NCBI GenBank assembly: GCA_031268995.1
Contig: JAIRWK010000064.1
Coordinates: forward strand, 1-49,612
Origin: Planctomycetaceae bacterium
GTDB lineage: Bacteria > Planctomycetota > Planctomycetia > Pirellulales > Thermoguttaceae
Reading direction: 5' to 3'
DNA: 49,612 nucleotides
A program made the translations under genes and the position numbers. The notes under the pieces are model-generated. The model made no database searches. It saw only the letters and a list, made by a program, of their open reading frames with translations, and was not told where the DNA came from. Below, in pieces: positions 19,425 through 29,494 of this stretch; position 1 is the first letter of the stretch; every line of letters starts with the position of its first letter.

Positions 19425-19760
19425 GACAAAAGGGGATTTTTAACACGAAAGGTACAAAACAAAAGCGGGAATGGGACTTCCGTTCCTGAGAACGGAGCTT
19501 TCATTCCCGAAAATGGAGCTTTCATTCCTGAGAATGGAGCTTTCATTCCCGAGAACGGAGCTTTCATTCCCGAAAATGGAGCTTTCATTCCCGATGATTT
19601 TTCCTCCAGACTCTAAAATTTTCTCCACGCACCAAAAATTCCCCTTTTCGTATTTTTAGTCCTTTTTGTGCCTTTGGTGTTCAAAATCCCTCTTTTCGTA
19701 TCTTTCGTCTTTTTCGTACCTTTAGTGTAAAAAATTTCCCCCTTCGTGATTAAACGAAAT
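19425..19760 (+). repeat. family-H dispersed repeat (carries the expanded 21-bp array and T-tract blocks)
   Basis: Reverse-complement relationship to 47395-47617 (shared cgaaaggtacaaaacaaaagc, ggagctttcattccc, cagactctaaa). Confidence 0.65.
19473..19598. repeat. 21-bp tandem repeat, 6 units (GGAGCTTTCATTCCCGAAAAT)
   Basis: Units start at 19473 (degenerate), 19494, 19515, 19536, 19557 and 19578. Open in several frames on both strands, which indicates a non-coding repeat. Confidence 0.9.
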
Positions 19761-20026
19761 TTTGCCCTATTTTTTATCTCAGCGGCGTAATCGTTATTGT
19801 TTAAATGAGCATTAAATTTTATCCAATTTATCTGTATTTTCAGTAAAAACGAAATTTTCAAAAAAATCATTATATTTTCCGTTTTAGCGGGCTTTATTAT
19901 TCAATTGCTACAATAATCCGAGACGATACAATCGGTACAACCATTTCCCCATGTCATACTGGGTGCGGGTAAATTTTGTTTTTGGGGTGTGGTTGTGAGT
20001 TTTTTGTGGAATTTTGTTCTGCAAAT

Positions 20027-20129
20027 TATGCTCGAGTTGTTTTGAAATTCCTGAAGCTGAACACGCAAGCGTAAAATCGCGAGGCTGTTGTTTGAGGGTA
20101 AAGCCTACTGCCTGTATTGGCTTCGTTAT
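20027..20129 (+). mobile_element. family-A element, diverged full copy
   Basis: tatgctcgagttgttttgaaattcctgaagctgaacacgcaagcgtaaaatcgcgaggctgttgtttgaggg... Confidence 0.8.
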
Positions 20130-20168
20130 TTCGGTGTATTGGGTGTGTTTTTGGATCGTGAAGCGTAG

Positions 20169-20274
20169 TATAACAAAGCTACATTAAAATTCCTGAAGCT
20201 GAACACGTGAAACGCAACATCGCGAAGCGTTTGTTCAAGAGGCGAGGCTTAATGCCCAAACCGGCTTCGGTATA
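20169..20274 (+). mobile_element. family-A element, diverged full copy
   Basis: tataacaaagctacattaaaattcctgaagctgaacacgtgaaacgcaacatcgcgaagcgtttgttcaag...ccggcttcggtata. Confidence 0.8.
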
Positions 20275-20319
20275 GTACCGGCTTCCGGCAAAGATTTATT
20301 CACTTACGTTGAGGAAACC

Positions 20320-21819
20320 ATGTTTTCATTGAAACGCCTGTTATTGCTGTTTGCGCTCTTTTCGTTTCAGATTTTGTTTTGCGGCTTATTAGCGGCGCAA
20401 GAGTCTTTTCGTCCGTTCAGACCGTACCAACCGGAAGAGTTCGGCGGAGCGCGTCATGGCGATGAGGGTTTTACTTTCGATATAACTGGGATTGCGTGGA
20501 CGGTGAAGGGATTTAGTTGTCCGATAGGGGCGAGGGACGCTACGGGCAAAAGCATGGTTCGAACGGTTTATAACGGCAACAGCCAATACACACAATCAAA
20601 TACACTAAACGCCTCAAGCATGGGAAGCGGGCATCTCCAATTCGGTACCAGTTACGAATTGGGTTTCAATCGTGATCATTCTGGTTTTTTGTTTCGTGGT
20701 TACAGTATATCTGGGCTTGGCGGTTCGTTTGAGTCCGGTGATGTTGGCATGTTGACTTCGTCGGATGTGATTTACTCCGGTAAAAATAGCGGCGTTTTCG
20801 GGTCGATGGTTATTGATGACTCAAAAGCATCGACTTTGATCAACGTCGAATCCGCAACAGGACTGTCATACGCTTCTAACCGCATTTGGTCAACTGTTGA
20901 TGGCGGAGTGGTTGCGGCGAATAGGGTTGAGTATCTCACGCCTCTTACGGGTTGGATCCCAAGTGTTGCGCAGGGTACCAGCAGTAGCGATTCTGATTCT
21001 GATTCAAGTACTACTGCAGATCTTGCGATTTGGGCACCGTTGCCGATAAATTTTCCATACGTCAGATATTCCAGCTCTATCGATATTTTGAGTTTGGAAT
21101 TAATGTACACTTATAGACCTTATCCGCTTAAATGGGGTACGTTGAATCTTTACGGCGGGTTGCGGTATTTTGATGTCAAGGATTCGTTTGGTTTTACTGG
21201 AATTAGCTACGGCAATCCGACAGAAATAATTTCTACAGGCAGCACCGGTACTTCCTCCGACGATTCAAGTAGCAGCGACACTAGCGATGATGAAAGCAAC
21301 GATGACATTGACATAACGAACCTGACAACAACGATCAAAGCCAGAGTTGTAAACCAAATAACAGGTCCTCAAATCGGGGCTAAAATTGAGCGGCGTGCGG
21401 GACGTTGGACGTATGGAGCGGAAGGACGTTTATTGGCAGGTTTTAACAAGCAGACGAGTACGGTAAGCGGTAAATTTGCCTCGCAATTTATTGATGCGGG
21501 AGTTGATGTTGAGGGCGAAGGGCAAGTTGCGCCGTACAAAATGATCGCATTTACAAACAGACCGCAAGCGTTTTATCATCGTTCAAAAAGGGATGTTTTC
21601 TCGCCGGCTTTTGAGTTAAGATTGAATTTGAGATGGCAATGGACGGATTACGTCGGGTTCAATGTTGGTTTTAACTCAACCGTTATCGATAACATCGGTC
21701 GCGGTGCTGATGTCATTGACTATCGTTTCAATCCCGATGGTTCGTTGTTCAATATCCGTAAAAGCAACACCACTCTAACCACCTACGGCGTAAATTTCGG
21801 CGTGCAAGTTCGGAGATAA
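20320..21819 (+). CDS. putative outer-membrane beta-barrel protein with Ser/Asp-rich loops
   Basis: Signal peptide MFSLKRLLLLFALFSFQILFCGLLAAQ. Alternating hydrophobic beta-strand pattern toward the C-terminus (YGVNFGVQVRR). Low-complexity inserts SSSDSDSDSS and SSDDSSSSDTSDDESNDD. Family not firmly recognised (BBP7-like guess). Confidence 0.55.
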   Translation: MFSLKRLLLLFALFSFQILFCGLLAAQESFRPFRPYQPEEFGGARHGDEGFTFDITGIAWTVKGFSCPIGARDATGKSMVRTVYNGNSQYTQSNTLNASSMGSGHLQFGTSYELGFNRDHSGFLFRGYSISGLGGSFESGDVGMLTSSDVIYSGKNSGVFGSMVIDDSKASTLINVESATGLSYASNRIWSTVDGGVVAANRVEYLTPLTGWIPSVAQGTSSSDSDSDSSTTADLAIWAPLPINFPYVRYSSSIDILSLELMYTYRPYPLKWGTLNLYGGLRYFDVKDSFGFTGISYGNPTEIISTGSTGTSSDDSSSSDTSDDESNDDIDITNLTTTIKARVVNQITGPQIGAKIERRAGRWTYGAEGRLLAGFNKQTSTVSGKFASQFIDAGVDVEGEGQVAPYKMIAFTNRPQAFYHRSKRDVFSPAFELRLNLRWQWTDYVGFNVGFNSTVIDNIGRGADVIDYRFNPDGSLFNIRKSNTTLTTYGVNFGVQVRR

Positions 21820-21916
21820 TTTGAAGAGCAAAATGTCGAATTGATTCGAATTATTCTTAACTCATGCTGTGTATTCGGAAACTTCCAAAAACTGGTTTTT
21901 TTACGGAAGTTTTTTT

Positions 21917-22018
21917 TATGCCATAGCCGGTAAGGCGATAGGCTTCGCCCTTGAACAACCGCTTCACGTTGTTACGCTTGCGTATCCAGCTTCGGGAATT
22001 TTAAACAGCTTGAGTGTA
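21917..22018 (-). mobile_element. family-A element, full copy
   Basis: tatgccatagccggtaaggcgataggcttcgcccttgaacaaccgcttcacgttgttacgc...gcttgagtgta. Confidence 0.9.
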
Positions 22019-22105
22019 CGGCAATGGCGACAAAATCGCACAAAGGTTTTTAAATATCCTTCTTCGCCTTTTTCGCCTTCGCGGTGTTTATCTTTCGCGA
22101 ATGCG

Positions 22106-22222
22106 TATACCGAAGCTGGTATACCGTAGCCGGTAAGGCGATAGGCTTCGCCCTTGAACAACCGCTTCACGTTGTTACGCTTGCGTGTCCAGCTTCTGGA
22201 ATTTTAAAACAGCTTGAGTATA
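22106..22222 (-). mobile_element. family-A element, full copy with a duplicated left terminus
   Basis: tataccgaagctggtata + ccgtagccggtaaggcgataggcttcgcccttgaac...cagcttgagtata. Confidence 0.9.
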
Positions 22223-22378
22223 TATTTTTATTTTTGACACAATGAATATAATTCTGTTGAAAAATCCCAAAAAACATCCTAGATCTACAATGACGCGATT
22301 TGAGCAACCGTGAATGGTTGTTTTCAGATTGCCCTTCCCTTTAGCCCTAAAATCCTAAGCCTTAACCCTATTCAAAAA

Positions 22379-23845
22379 ATGCCAAATACGAATGATATTA
22401 ATTTACCGGACATGTCTCAATTGAGCGCGTGCGGAGTTGATTTTATTGACGAACTGTATTTTGAGTCGTTGCTAAAACAAAAACCTGATGCCGGTAAAAT
22501 CAATGAAATAATTGCCAAATCTAAAAACAAAGAGCCGTTGAAAATTGATGAGACTGCGATGCTTCTTTCGGCGGACGATCCTGAAACAATTGAGCGGATA
22601 TTTGAAACTGCCCGTCAATTAAAGCGTGATGTTTACGGCAATCGTATTGTTCTTTTTGCTCCGTTTTATGTTGGCAATTATTGTATGAATGACTGTGCGT
22701 ATTGCGGATTTAGGCGTAGCAATCGTGAGTCGATTCGCAAAACTCTCACGGTTGACGAGTTGCATGAGCAGGTAACTAACCTTTTGCGAATGGGACATAA
22801 ACGTACAATTATGGTGTTTGGCGAACATATAAATTACGGACCTGTTTTTATTGCGAACTGTGTCAAGGAAGTTTATTCTGTGCGTTTTGGGTTGGATTCG
22901 ATTAGGCGAGTCAACATCAATGCCGCGCCGCTTTCGCATGAGGGTTATCGTTTAGTTAAGGCGGCGGGGATTGGCACGTATCAAGTATTTCAAGAAACCT
23001 ATCATCGACCAACTTATGCGCGTATGCATCCGGCGGGTACGCGGAAATCAAATTTTGCGTGGCGGCTTGATTCGCCGGCGCGTGCGATTGAGTCGGGTTG
23101 TGATGATGTTGGTTTAGGTGCGCTTTTTGGTTTAGCGAATTGGAAATTTGAAGTGTTGAGCCTTGTTGCGCATTCTAATCATTTGATGAAAAGTTATGGG
23201 GTCGGTCCTCACACGATAAGTTTTCCGCGAATCAGACCGGCGAGTGGTGTTACGTTGCGAGAGGTAATTGAAAACAATGTCGCTGATGCCGATTTTTTAC
23301 GGTTGATAGCGATATTGCGGTTATCTGTACCTTACACGGGTTTAATTGTTACGGCGCGTGAACCGGCGGAGATACGTAAAATTGCGCTTGGGTTTGGTGT
23401 ATCGCAAGTTGACGCGGGGAGTCATATTGAAATCGGCGGCTATGAAAATATTGACAAAGATGAAATCAAAGACGTACAAGTTCAAGCTCTTGAAAGAGAG
23501 CAATTTGAGCTTGGTGATGTTCGTCCGTTGGACGAGGTGGTTTTGCAATTATTGAATGACGGTTATGTACCGAGTTTTTGTACGGCATGTTATAGGCTTG
23601 GTCGGACGGGCAAGGTTTTCATGGAGTATGCGATACCCGGTTTCATCCAAAATATGTGTACTCCAAATGCTCTTACAACATTAAAAGAGTATCTAGTTGA
23701 TCATGCTTCACCGGCAACCCGCGCCGCTGGTGAAAAGGTCTTAAAAGAAGAATTGGACAAATTCCAAGACACACCAAAAAAATCAGAACTCCTAAAAAGA
23801 ATAGAACGCATAAATAACTCAAACGACCGAGACCTATACTGGTAA
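22379..23845 (+). CDS. hydG: [FeFe]-hydrogenase maturase HydG-type radical SAM enzyme
   Basis: CMNDCAYCGF radical-SAM CX3CX2C motif, plus the C-terminal SFCTACYRLGRTGKVFMEYAIPGFIQNMCTPNA motif (CX2CX22C) that separates HydG from ThiH. ATG at 22379 preferred. Confidence 0.8.
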   Translation: MPNTNDINLPDMSQLSACGVDFIDELYFESLLKQKPDAGKINEIIAKSKNKEPLKIDETAMLLSADDPETIERIFETARQLKRDVYGNRIVLFAPFYVGNYCMNDCAYCGFRRSNRESIRKTLTVDELHEQVTNLLRMGHKRTIMVFGEHINYGPVFIANCVKEVYSVRFGLDSIRRVNINAAPLSHEGYRLVKAAGIGTYQVFQETYHRPTYARMHPAGTRKSNFAWRLDSPARAIESGCDDVGLGALFGLANWKFEVLSLVAHSNHLMKSYGVGPHTISFPRIRPASGVTLREVIENNVADADFLRLIAILRLSVPYTGLIVTAREPAEIRKIALGFGVSQVDAGSHIEIGGYENIDKDEIKDVQVQALEREQFELGDVRPLDEVVLQLLNDGYVPSFCTACYRLGRTGKVFMEYAIPGFIQNMCTPNALTTLKEYLVDHASPATRAAGEKVLKEELDKFQDTPKKSELLKRIERINNSNDRDLYW

Positions 23846-23860
23846 ACACAAAAAAACTAA

Positions 23861-23914
23861 TATACCGAAGCTGCGATGAGTATAATGCCTCAAAGTTATA
23901 CCGGCTTTGGTGTA
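23861..23914. mobile_element. family-A/C terminal fragments
   Basis: tataccgaagctgcgatgagtata...gttataccggctttggtgta. Confidence 0.55.
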
Positions 23915-24049
23915 CTACGTCCTTTGCATTCACCCAATCGGAATAAGATTTCACATGTCCCTACTGTCCTTTATGCCTTTCACGTCCTTTGTGTCCCTTT
24001 TGAATAATTACCCTAAATAGTATAAAAAATAGATAGAAAAATTTTAATT

Positions 24050-25108
24050 ATGTTTGTAGATGAGGTAGAGGTTGAGGTTGAGGCTGGCAAGGGCGGTGAT
24101 GGTTGTGTTAGTTTTCGCCGTGAGAAGTATGTACCGCGCGGCGGACCTGATGGTGGTGATGGCGGTCGCGGCGGCAGTGTGATATTTCGCAGTTCGGGCA
24201 ATGTGTACAGTCTGATTCATTTGGTGCGTCGGCAAGTGTGGCGGGCAAAAAACGGCGAACAAGGTTACGGATCGCAACGTCATGGCAAAGGTGCTGAGGA
24301 TTTAGTTGTGGAGGTTCCGGTTGGCACGATGTTATTTGATCGTCGGCATGGTTTTTTGTTGAAGGATTTATCTGGCGAGGGGTCTGAAGTTATTGTTTGT
24401 CGCGGCGGCAAGGGCGGCAGAGGCAACACACGATTTAAAACCGCAACTAATCGCGCTCCGCGTGAAGCCGAATTGGGTGAAATGGGTGAGTCCAGACAAT
24501 TGCGGTTGGAGTTAAAGATTATTGCGGATGTCGGGTTGGTGGGCAAACCTAATGCGGGCAAGAGTACGTTATTGTCTCGACTTTCTGGTGCGAAACCTGA
24601 AATTGCGCCGTATCCGTTTACGACAAAGCACCCGCATTTGGGGCTAGTTCAACTTGATTTGGATCGTTCATTTGTGATGGCGGACATACCGGGTTTGATT
24701 GAGGGGGCGAGTTTGGGGGTTGGTTTGGGTCATGATTTTTTGCGTCATATTCAGCGTGCTGGAATTTTAGTGCATCTTGTTGAGCCGTTTCCTGATGATG
24801 GTTCGGATGCGTGGGAAAATTATGTTACGATAAGGCGCGAGTTGGTGGAATTTGATGAATTGTTGGGAGATCGTGTTGAGGTAGTTGTTGTTACCAAAGC
24901 GGACATTCCTGATGCCGAATTGGTCAGGGCGAGGTTTGCCGAAGAGTTGGGGCGTGAGGTGTTGCTTATTTCAGCTGCAACAGGTCTAGGAATAAAACAG
25001 TTGACAGAACATATCTATGGAAAAATCGCAAGCAATCCACCCGCAACAAACACGAAACAAGAACACTACACCCCGCCCGATTCGAACGGGCAACCACCGG
25101 TTCCGTAG
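24050..25108 (+). CDS. obg: GTPase Obg/CgtA
   Basis: [42 protein letters not shown] Obg fold. G domain [17 protein letters not shown]. Confidence 0.95.
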   Translation: MFVDEVEVEVEAGKGGDGCVSFRREKYVPRGGPDGGDGGRGGSVIFRSSGNVYSLIHLVRRQVWRAKNGEQGYGSQRHGKGAEDLVVEVPVGTMLFDRRHGFLLKDLSGEGSEVIVCRGGKGGRGNTRFKTATNRAPREAELGEMGESRQLRLELKIIADVGLVGKPNAGKSTLLSRLSGAKPEIAPYPFTTKHPHLGLVQLDLDRSFVMADIPGLIEGASLGVGLGHDFLRHIQRAGILVHLVEPFPDDGSDAWENYVTIRRELVEFDELLGDRVEVVVVTKADIPDAELVRARFAEELGREVLLISAATGLGIKQLTEHIYGKIASNPPATNTKQEHYTPPDSNGQPPVP

Positions 25109-25140
25109 ACCGGTACTCTATCCAATTGAGCTAGGGGTGC
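25067..25140 (-). tRNA. tRNA-Arg (anticodon ACG)
   Basis: Reverse complement is GCACCCCTAGCTCAATTGGATAGAGTACCGGTCTACGGAACCGGTGGTTGCCCGTTCGAATCGGGCGGGGTGTA. 7-bp acceptor stem (G1:U72), D arm GCTC/GAGT, anticodon stem CCGGT/ACCGG with loop CUACGGA, T arm GCCCG-TTCGAAT-CGGGC. No encoded CCA. Confidence 0.9.
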
Positions 25141-25345
25141 AAAAAAGAAATCACCGTTGCCAACGTTGACATTTCACACGACAACATTGACGTTAAACAG
25201 CCAATATGACGTTAAACAGCCAATTATCGAACACGCAAACTCGCACCAGTTTAACCTGTCTCCGCCATCTTTCAAGGGGGGCGGGTTGGCGTTGCACCTT
25301 AAACTGTTGCAATAGTACCTTGTCCATTTAAAGTCAGTACGCAGA

Positions 25346-25440
25346 TATACTGAAGCTACTTTAAAATTCCTGAAGCTGAACCCGCAAGCGCAACAACGTG
25401 AAGCGGTTGTTCAAGGGCGAAGCCTACCGGCTACGGTATA
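25346..25440 (+). mobile_element. family-A element, copy with a small internal deletion
   Basis: tatactgaagctactttaaaattcctgaagctgaacccgcaagcgcaacaacgtgaagcggttgttcaagggcgaagcctaccggctacggtata. Confidence 0.9.
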
Positions 25441-25574
25441 ACACCAGATTCTTTAAGGACGATCACGGATCAGATCCCGCTCTCTGATCTTGCGAATATC
25501 TCCTCAAAATCTGAGTCATCTGCGTGCTGATTTTTAAAATGGTTTTTGGAATTTCTCCTGAGCTATACGGTTAC

Positions 25575-26999
25575 TCATAATTCACTCAGTAATTTTGCGG
25601 CATCGCGGCGTTTGGCGAAAGGTGCTGTGCTGTTTAGTGCAAGATTAAGTAGGCGTTTTGCTTCGTCTTTGTTTCCTGCTTGCCTTTCTAAATTGGCGAT
25701 GTAGTAAGCTGTTGCCGAACTAACTCCTGAAGCGGTGGAACGTTGCAAGGCTTGTTTGGATGCGTCAAATTGATTTGCTTTGAATAGAACCCAACCGAAC
25801 GTACTCCAAAATTCTGTGTTTTGTTGATTTTTGCTTACGTTGTCGCGGGCGTAATCGATGGCGCGTTGTAATTTTTTGGGATCATTTTGCTCGCATAACG
25901 CCAACGCCAACCCGTTTACTGCTTGCGTGTCAGACGGCGAAATAACTATCAACTCCTGAAACAACTTTTCCGCCGCCGGATAATCATTCAAATAAAGCGC
26001 GATTGTCGCGCGAATTCTCGTCGCCGCTTCAAAATCAGGAAAATCACCCGCAAGTTTGTCCGCAAGTTTTTTCGCTTCTTCGGGCGTGTTGTCATTCAAC
26101 CGTGATTGAATCGACAGCAACAACACCTCTCTTGAATTCGGATGTTTCGCAAGCGCGTCCGTCAAATATTTTTTTGCGCTGTCGTGATCGCCGCGCGCCA
26201 AATATAAACGCGACAACATCGCCTCCGCTGGGAGTCCTTGTTCGGCGTTATTGGGTTGCGAGTCGGTTGGTTTAATTTTGATGTTGTCGGCACGGGCAAA
26301 TAGACTCGCTGCTTCGGCATCTTTTTTCTGCTGGAACAACGCAATACCCTTTTGCCTGAGCAACGCCGGTAATTCACCGTCATGCGCAATTCGCTTGTCC
26401 GCCAATTGATAATACAACTCCCACTTGCCGCGAACCTCCGCCAACAAAGATTGAAGACGTAACAACAAAGATGTCAGATTTTTTTTGCGTATCTTATTAG
26501 CCGAGTACTTGGTCAATTTCAATTCGCCTTCCCGCAAAAGCAAATCCGCAACAGTGAACTCTCGTTGTTGCAATGCAATTTCGCCGAGCAAAATATACGC
26601 TTCCGGATCGTCCGGCGTTTCGTTTGTTGTCATATCCAAAACGGGCTTTATGATATTTCCGTTTCGGGTTCGGACAAAAATTTGCGACAAAATAATTCCG
26701 GGCGGTTGTAATGAAGGATGTTGTTTGCAAAGGCTAGTAAGAATTTCTTTTGCACCGTTGATATCCGATTTGCCGATAGCCTTTACCGCCTCATCAACCG
26801 CCTTATCAAAATCAGCTTGAATTTCCGGCGAAATTGGGGTTTTACCGGTAGCGAGTTGCGAGTCTGGTTCTCCGTTTTTACCGGACGAATTTCGGTCGCA
26901 AGAAGTAAAAACCAACGACATCAGAACAACACAAATCACACACCCAACATTGACAAATCCAGACGGACATAAAGAAACCAATTTGAAAAATAGTTGCAT
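25575..26999 (-). CDS. TPR-repeat lipoprotein
   Basis: Lipobox-like LVFTSC after a hydrophobic N-terminus. Multiple TPR-like helical repeats (AYILLGEIALQQREFTVA..., AMLSRLYLARGDHDSAKKYL...). Confidence 0.7.
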   Translation of the reverse strand: MQLFFKLVSLCPSGFVNVGCVICVVLMSLVFTSCDRNSSGKNGEPDSQLATGKTPISPEIQADFDKAVDEAVKAIGKSDINGAKEILTSLCKQHPSLQPPGIILSQIFVRTRNGNIIKPVLDMTTNETPDDPEAYILLGEIALQQREFTVADLLLREGELKLTKYSANKIRKKNLTSLLLRLQSLLAEVRGKWELYYQLADKRIAHDGELPALLRQKGIALFQQKKDAEAASLFARADNIKIKPTDSQPNNAEQGLPAEAMLSRLYLARGDHDSAKKYLTDALAKHPNSREVLLLSIQSRLNDNTPEEAKKLADKLAGDFPDFEAATRIRATIALYLNDYPAAEKLFQELIVISPSDTQAVNGLALALCEQNDPKKLQRAIDYARDNVSKNQQNTEFWSTFGWVLFKANQFDASKQALQRSTASGVSSATAYYIANLERQAGNKDEAKRLLNLALNSTAPFAKRRDAAKLLSEL

Positions 27000-27082
27000 T
27001 TTTTGAAAACAAAAAAAAATACCTTCTCACCTGATCGCAGATGAAAAAAACAATGGACAAAAAGGAAAACGAAAAGGAAAAA

Positions 27083-27202
27083 ATATACCGGCTACGGAGT
27101 ATACCGAAGCCGGTATGGGCGGTAGGCTTCGCCCATGAACAACCGCTTCGCGATGCTACGCTTGCGTGTCCAGCTTCGGGAATTTCAAAACAGCTTGGGT
27201 AT
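27083..27202 (-). mobile_element. family-A element, full copy with a duplicated left terminus
   Basis: tataccggctacggagtata + ccgaagccggtatgggcggtaggcttcgcccatgaac...cagcttgggtata. Confidence 0.9.
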
Positions 27203-27314
27203 ATCTCTTGCATCCCAGATCGATCCAAACGATTCGGCGGTTGCACAACGCGCCGCAATTGGGTAAGATAATACCACAAACATAATTTTCGACAAGTATC
27301 CCATGCAAACATCT

Positions 27315-27355
27315 TATTACCGTAGCTTCAGGAATTTTAAAACAGCTTCAGTATA
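27315..27355 (-). mobile_element. family-A mini-copy (interior deleted)
   Basis: tattaccgtagcttcaggaattttaaaacagcttcagtata. Confidence 0.7.
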
Positions 27356-27604
27356 ACCGTTTACTTTGTCCCTTATGTCCTTTGTGTCCTTCATATCCTT
27401 CAAAAATATCACAAAAAAAAATAAAAACTATTTGCGCAATCAAGAGTGCAATACGCTTGAGAAAAATCGGGTATATTGTAACTCTTGGCGATTACAATAA
27501 AATATTGCCCTTTGATGAAACGCCCATTGTTGTATGGGGCGTTTATGCAGCGACTGGTATTGGCGAAGCGTACCAAACCAAATTTAACCAAAATTTAAAC
27601 TAAA

Positions 27605-29494
27605 ATGCGAACATTTTTTTTGACATTATTACTTGTTTTTGCGGCATTGATTTCGGGTTGTTCTGAAAGGGGAACGGGATCATCGTCGGATCCCGACAAC
27701 AACTCAAACCCGCAAAACCCAAACGCGGCACGAACAAACACTTCTCCGGCAAATCCGCTAGGTACACAATTAAACCCACCAGTTTCATTGCCGACTAAGG
27801 AGATGTTGTCGGCAATCGGCGATAAACAAAATGATCTTGATACACGTTGGTTTTTTACGGATTCTTATTACGTATTGACTGGGCAACCGAAGAAATTTTT
27901 TGAAACTGAAATAGGTAAAGGAACGGAAGACGTTTTATCCAACGTATTTAACACGGTATTTCAATTGCAATTTCCGATTGACTACAGCAAAGTTGAACGA
28001 TTTACGCTTGCGGTTGCGCCGCAGGGTGAAATCACTTTTGTAGAAGCTGCCGCAGACGGTACAAAAAATAACCGCCGTTCGCTTGCCCTGCGGCGAGTAA
28101 ATATATTTAACCTCAGCGAACCCACCGCCGACGCAATGATACAAACAATCTGGAAATCGCAATCAAATACTCCAATCGATTCCATCAAACGGCAAATCGG
28201 CAATGTTGAATACTATAATTTGCTACCGCCAAACGTCCCAACCGACCAAATTTGTGCCGGAATACATTTGCCCGATAAACACACAATTATCATCTTTATC
28301 ATGCTTACCGAAGACGCGAATAAATTGTTCGCAGGAAAACCAAACGCTACCAGCGCAGCTGTTGAGCGTATTAAGCGAATGGATATTTCATCGAGCTTAT
28401 TGTCGTTGTCTGCGTCGTGGGAAGGCGTGATGGCAGACCCGATGCGAATAGCTGAAATACCTTTTATCGGCTCGGTGTTGAGTGGTTTGGGCAACGAAAA
28501 CGCGATTCAGTTTTTGAAGAATTTCCGTGCAATAAATATGTCAATTAACACATCAGCACAGGTCGGTACGCCAATGTTGTCTGTGAGATACGACGCGGTG
28601 GATAATGACGGTGCGGCGAGTTTGCACGAATTATTTCTTGGGCTACTCGTTACCGCCAAAACCGTATTTGCAACCGCCAAAGAAGACACAACTTCATCGC
28701 TGTTGTCTAAAGAAACAACAACGAATTTGCTCAATTCAATTGAACTCAAAAAAGCAGACGATACCGGAGTTGATTTGCGTATCAACAAATTTGAGGGATT
28801 CGATACAACTTTAAAAAGCGGTTTTGCGGAAACAGCCGACAGATTCCGTCAAGAGAAATTGGCAATGCAGAAAATTGAACAACTAAGAAATTTGACGGAC
28901 ACTTCGATTCAATACGACCGGTTAAATAAAAAATTTCCGCAACCTATTCGCGATGCCGATGGAAAACAACTTTTGAGTTGGCGGGTTGCTGTTTTACCGC
29001 TTATCGGGCAACAGGAACTTTACAATAAATTTAACCTAAAAGAAGCATGGAACAGCCCCGCAAATTTGCAACTTGTAGAACAAATTCCCGCCCCATTCGC
29101 ACCAATTGATGGCAATATCGCAAAAGGTAAAACACAAATTCAACGCTTCGCCTCTGCGGGAACTCCGCTTGCGGATGAGAACCTAACCATCACAAGCATT
29201 AAACAACCGCGTACTACTTTGTTGTTGACGCAAACTTCGGCGGAAAGTGCAATCGAATGGACAAAACCGGACGAGTTGGTTTACGATGAAAATAATGTGG
29301 AGAAAATTTTTGGCAAATCGATTGTTGGAATAACATTCGCGGGTCTGCCGATTTTGCAAGACCTCTTGCCCAAAGATAACCAACAAAGTAAAGAACAACG
29401 TGCACAGTTGTCCGCCTTCATAAAGGGCGAAGAACTGCCAGCACCAAACTCAAACCACGATCGCGATCACGATCATAACCAATTGACGAAATGA
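27605..29494 (+). CDS. lipoprotein with a C-terminal DUF1559-like motif
   Basis: Lipobox ALISGC. LSWRVAVLPLIGQQELYNKFNLKEAWNSPANLQLVEQIPAPF resembles the conserved DUF1559 core common in Planctomycetota. No prepilin N-terminus. Confidence 0.6.
   Translation: MRTFFLTLLLVFAALISGCSERGTGSSSDPDNNSNPQNPNAARTNTSPANPLGTQLNPPVSLPTKEMLSAIGDKQNDLDTRWFFTDSYYVLTGQPKKFFETEIGKGTEDVLSNVFNTVFQLQFPIDYSKVERFTLAVAPQGEITFVEAAADGTKNNRRSLALRRVNIFNLSEPTADAMIQTIWKSQSNTPIDSIKRQIGNVEYYNLLPPNVPTDQICAGIHLPDKHTIIIFIMLTEDANKLFAGKPNATSAAVERIKRMDISSSLLSLSASWEGVMADPMRIAEIPFIGSVLSGLGNENAIQFLKNFRAINMSINTSAQVGTPMLSVRYDAVDNDGAASLHELFLGLLVTAKTVFATAKEDTTSSLLSKETTTNLLNSIELKKADDTGVDLRINKFEGFDTTLKSGFAETADRFRQEKLAMQKIEQLRNLTDTSIQYDRLNKKFPQPIRDADGKQLLSWRVAVLPLIGQQELYNKFNLKEAWNSPANLQLVEQIPAPFAPIDGNIAKGKTQIQRFASAGTPLADENLTITSIKQPRTTLLLTQTSAESAIEWTKPDELVYDENNVEKIFGKSIVGITFAGLPILQDLLPKDNQQSKEQRAQLSAFIKGEELPAPNSNHDRDHDHNQLTK

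Noticed and set aside
19353-19659. Four overlapping ORFs encoding ENGAFIP / MKAPFSG heptad-like repeats
   Set aside because: They are products of the 21-bp tandem repeat, which is open in several frames on both strands. There is no start context, and the same sequence is part of a dispersed non-coding repeat.
22310-23845. Alternative call of this radical-SAM gene as ThiH (tyrosine lyase of thiamine synthesis)
   Set aside because: The C-terminal CTACYR-GRTG-x-FM...C-PNA motif, which binds the auxiliary cluster, is characteristic of HydG and absent from ThiH. The GTG start at 22310 was also dropped in favour of ATG 22379.
24013-24561. Pro-rich minus-strand ORFs over the obg N-terminus
   Set aside because: They are antisense readings of the Gly-rich Obg fold (GGC/GGT codons read as Pro/Thr). 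The obg assignment is unambiguous.
27382-27603. 73-aa ORF upstream of the DUF1559-like gene, and a 10-bp hairpin (aaacgcccat...atggggcgttt) within it
   Set aside because: The ORF has no motifs and starts in a repeat block. The hairpin lacks a following U-run and has no upstream gene to terminate. It is left unannotated.
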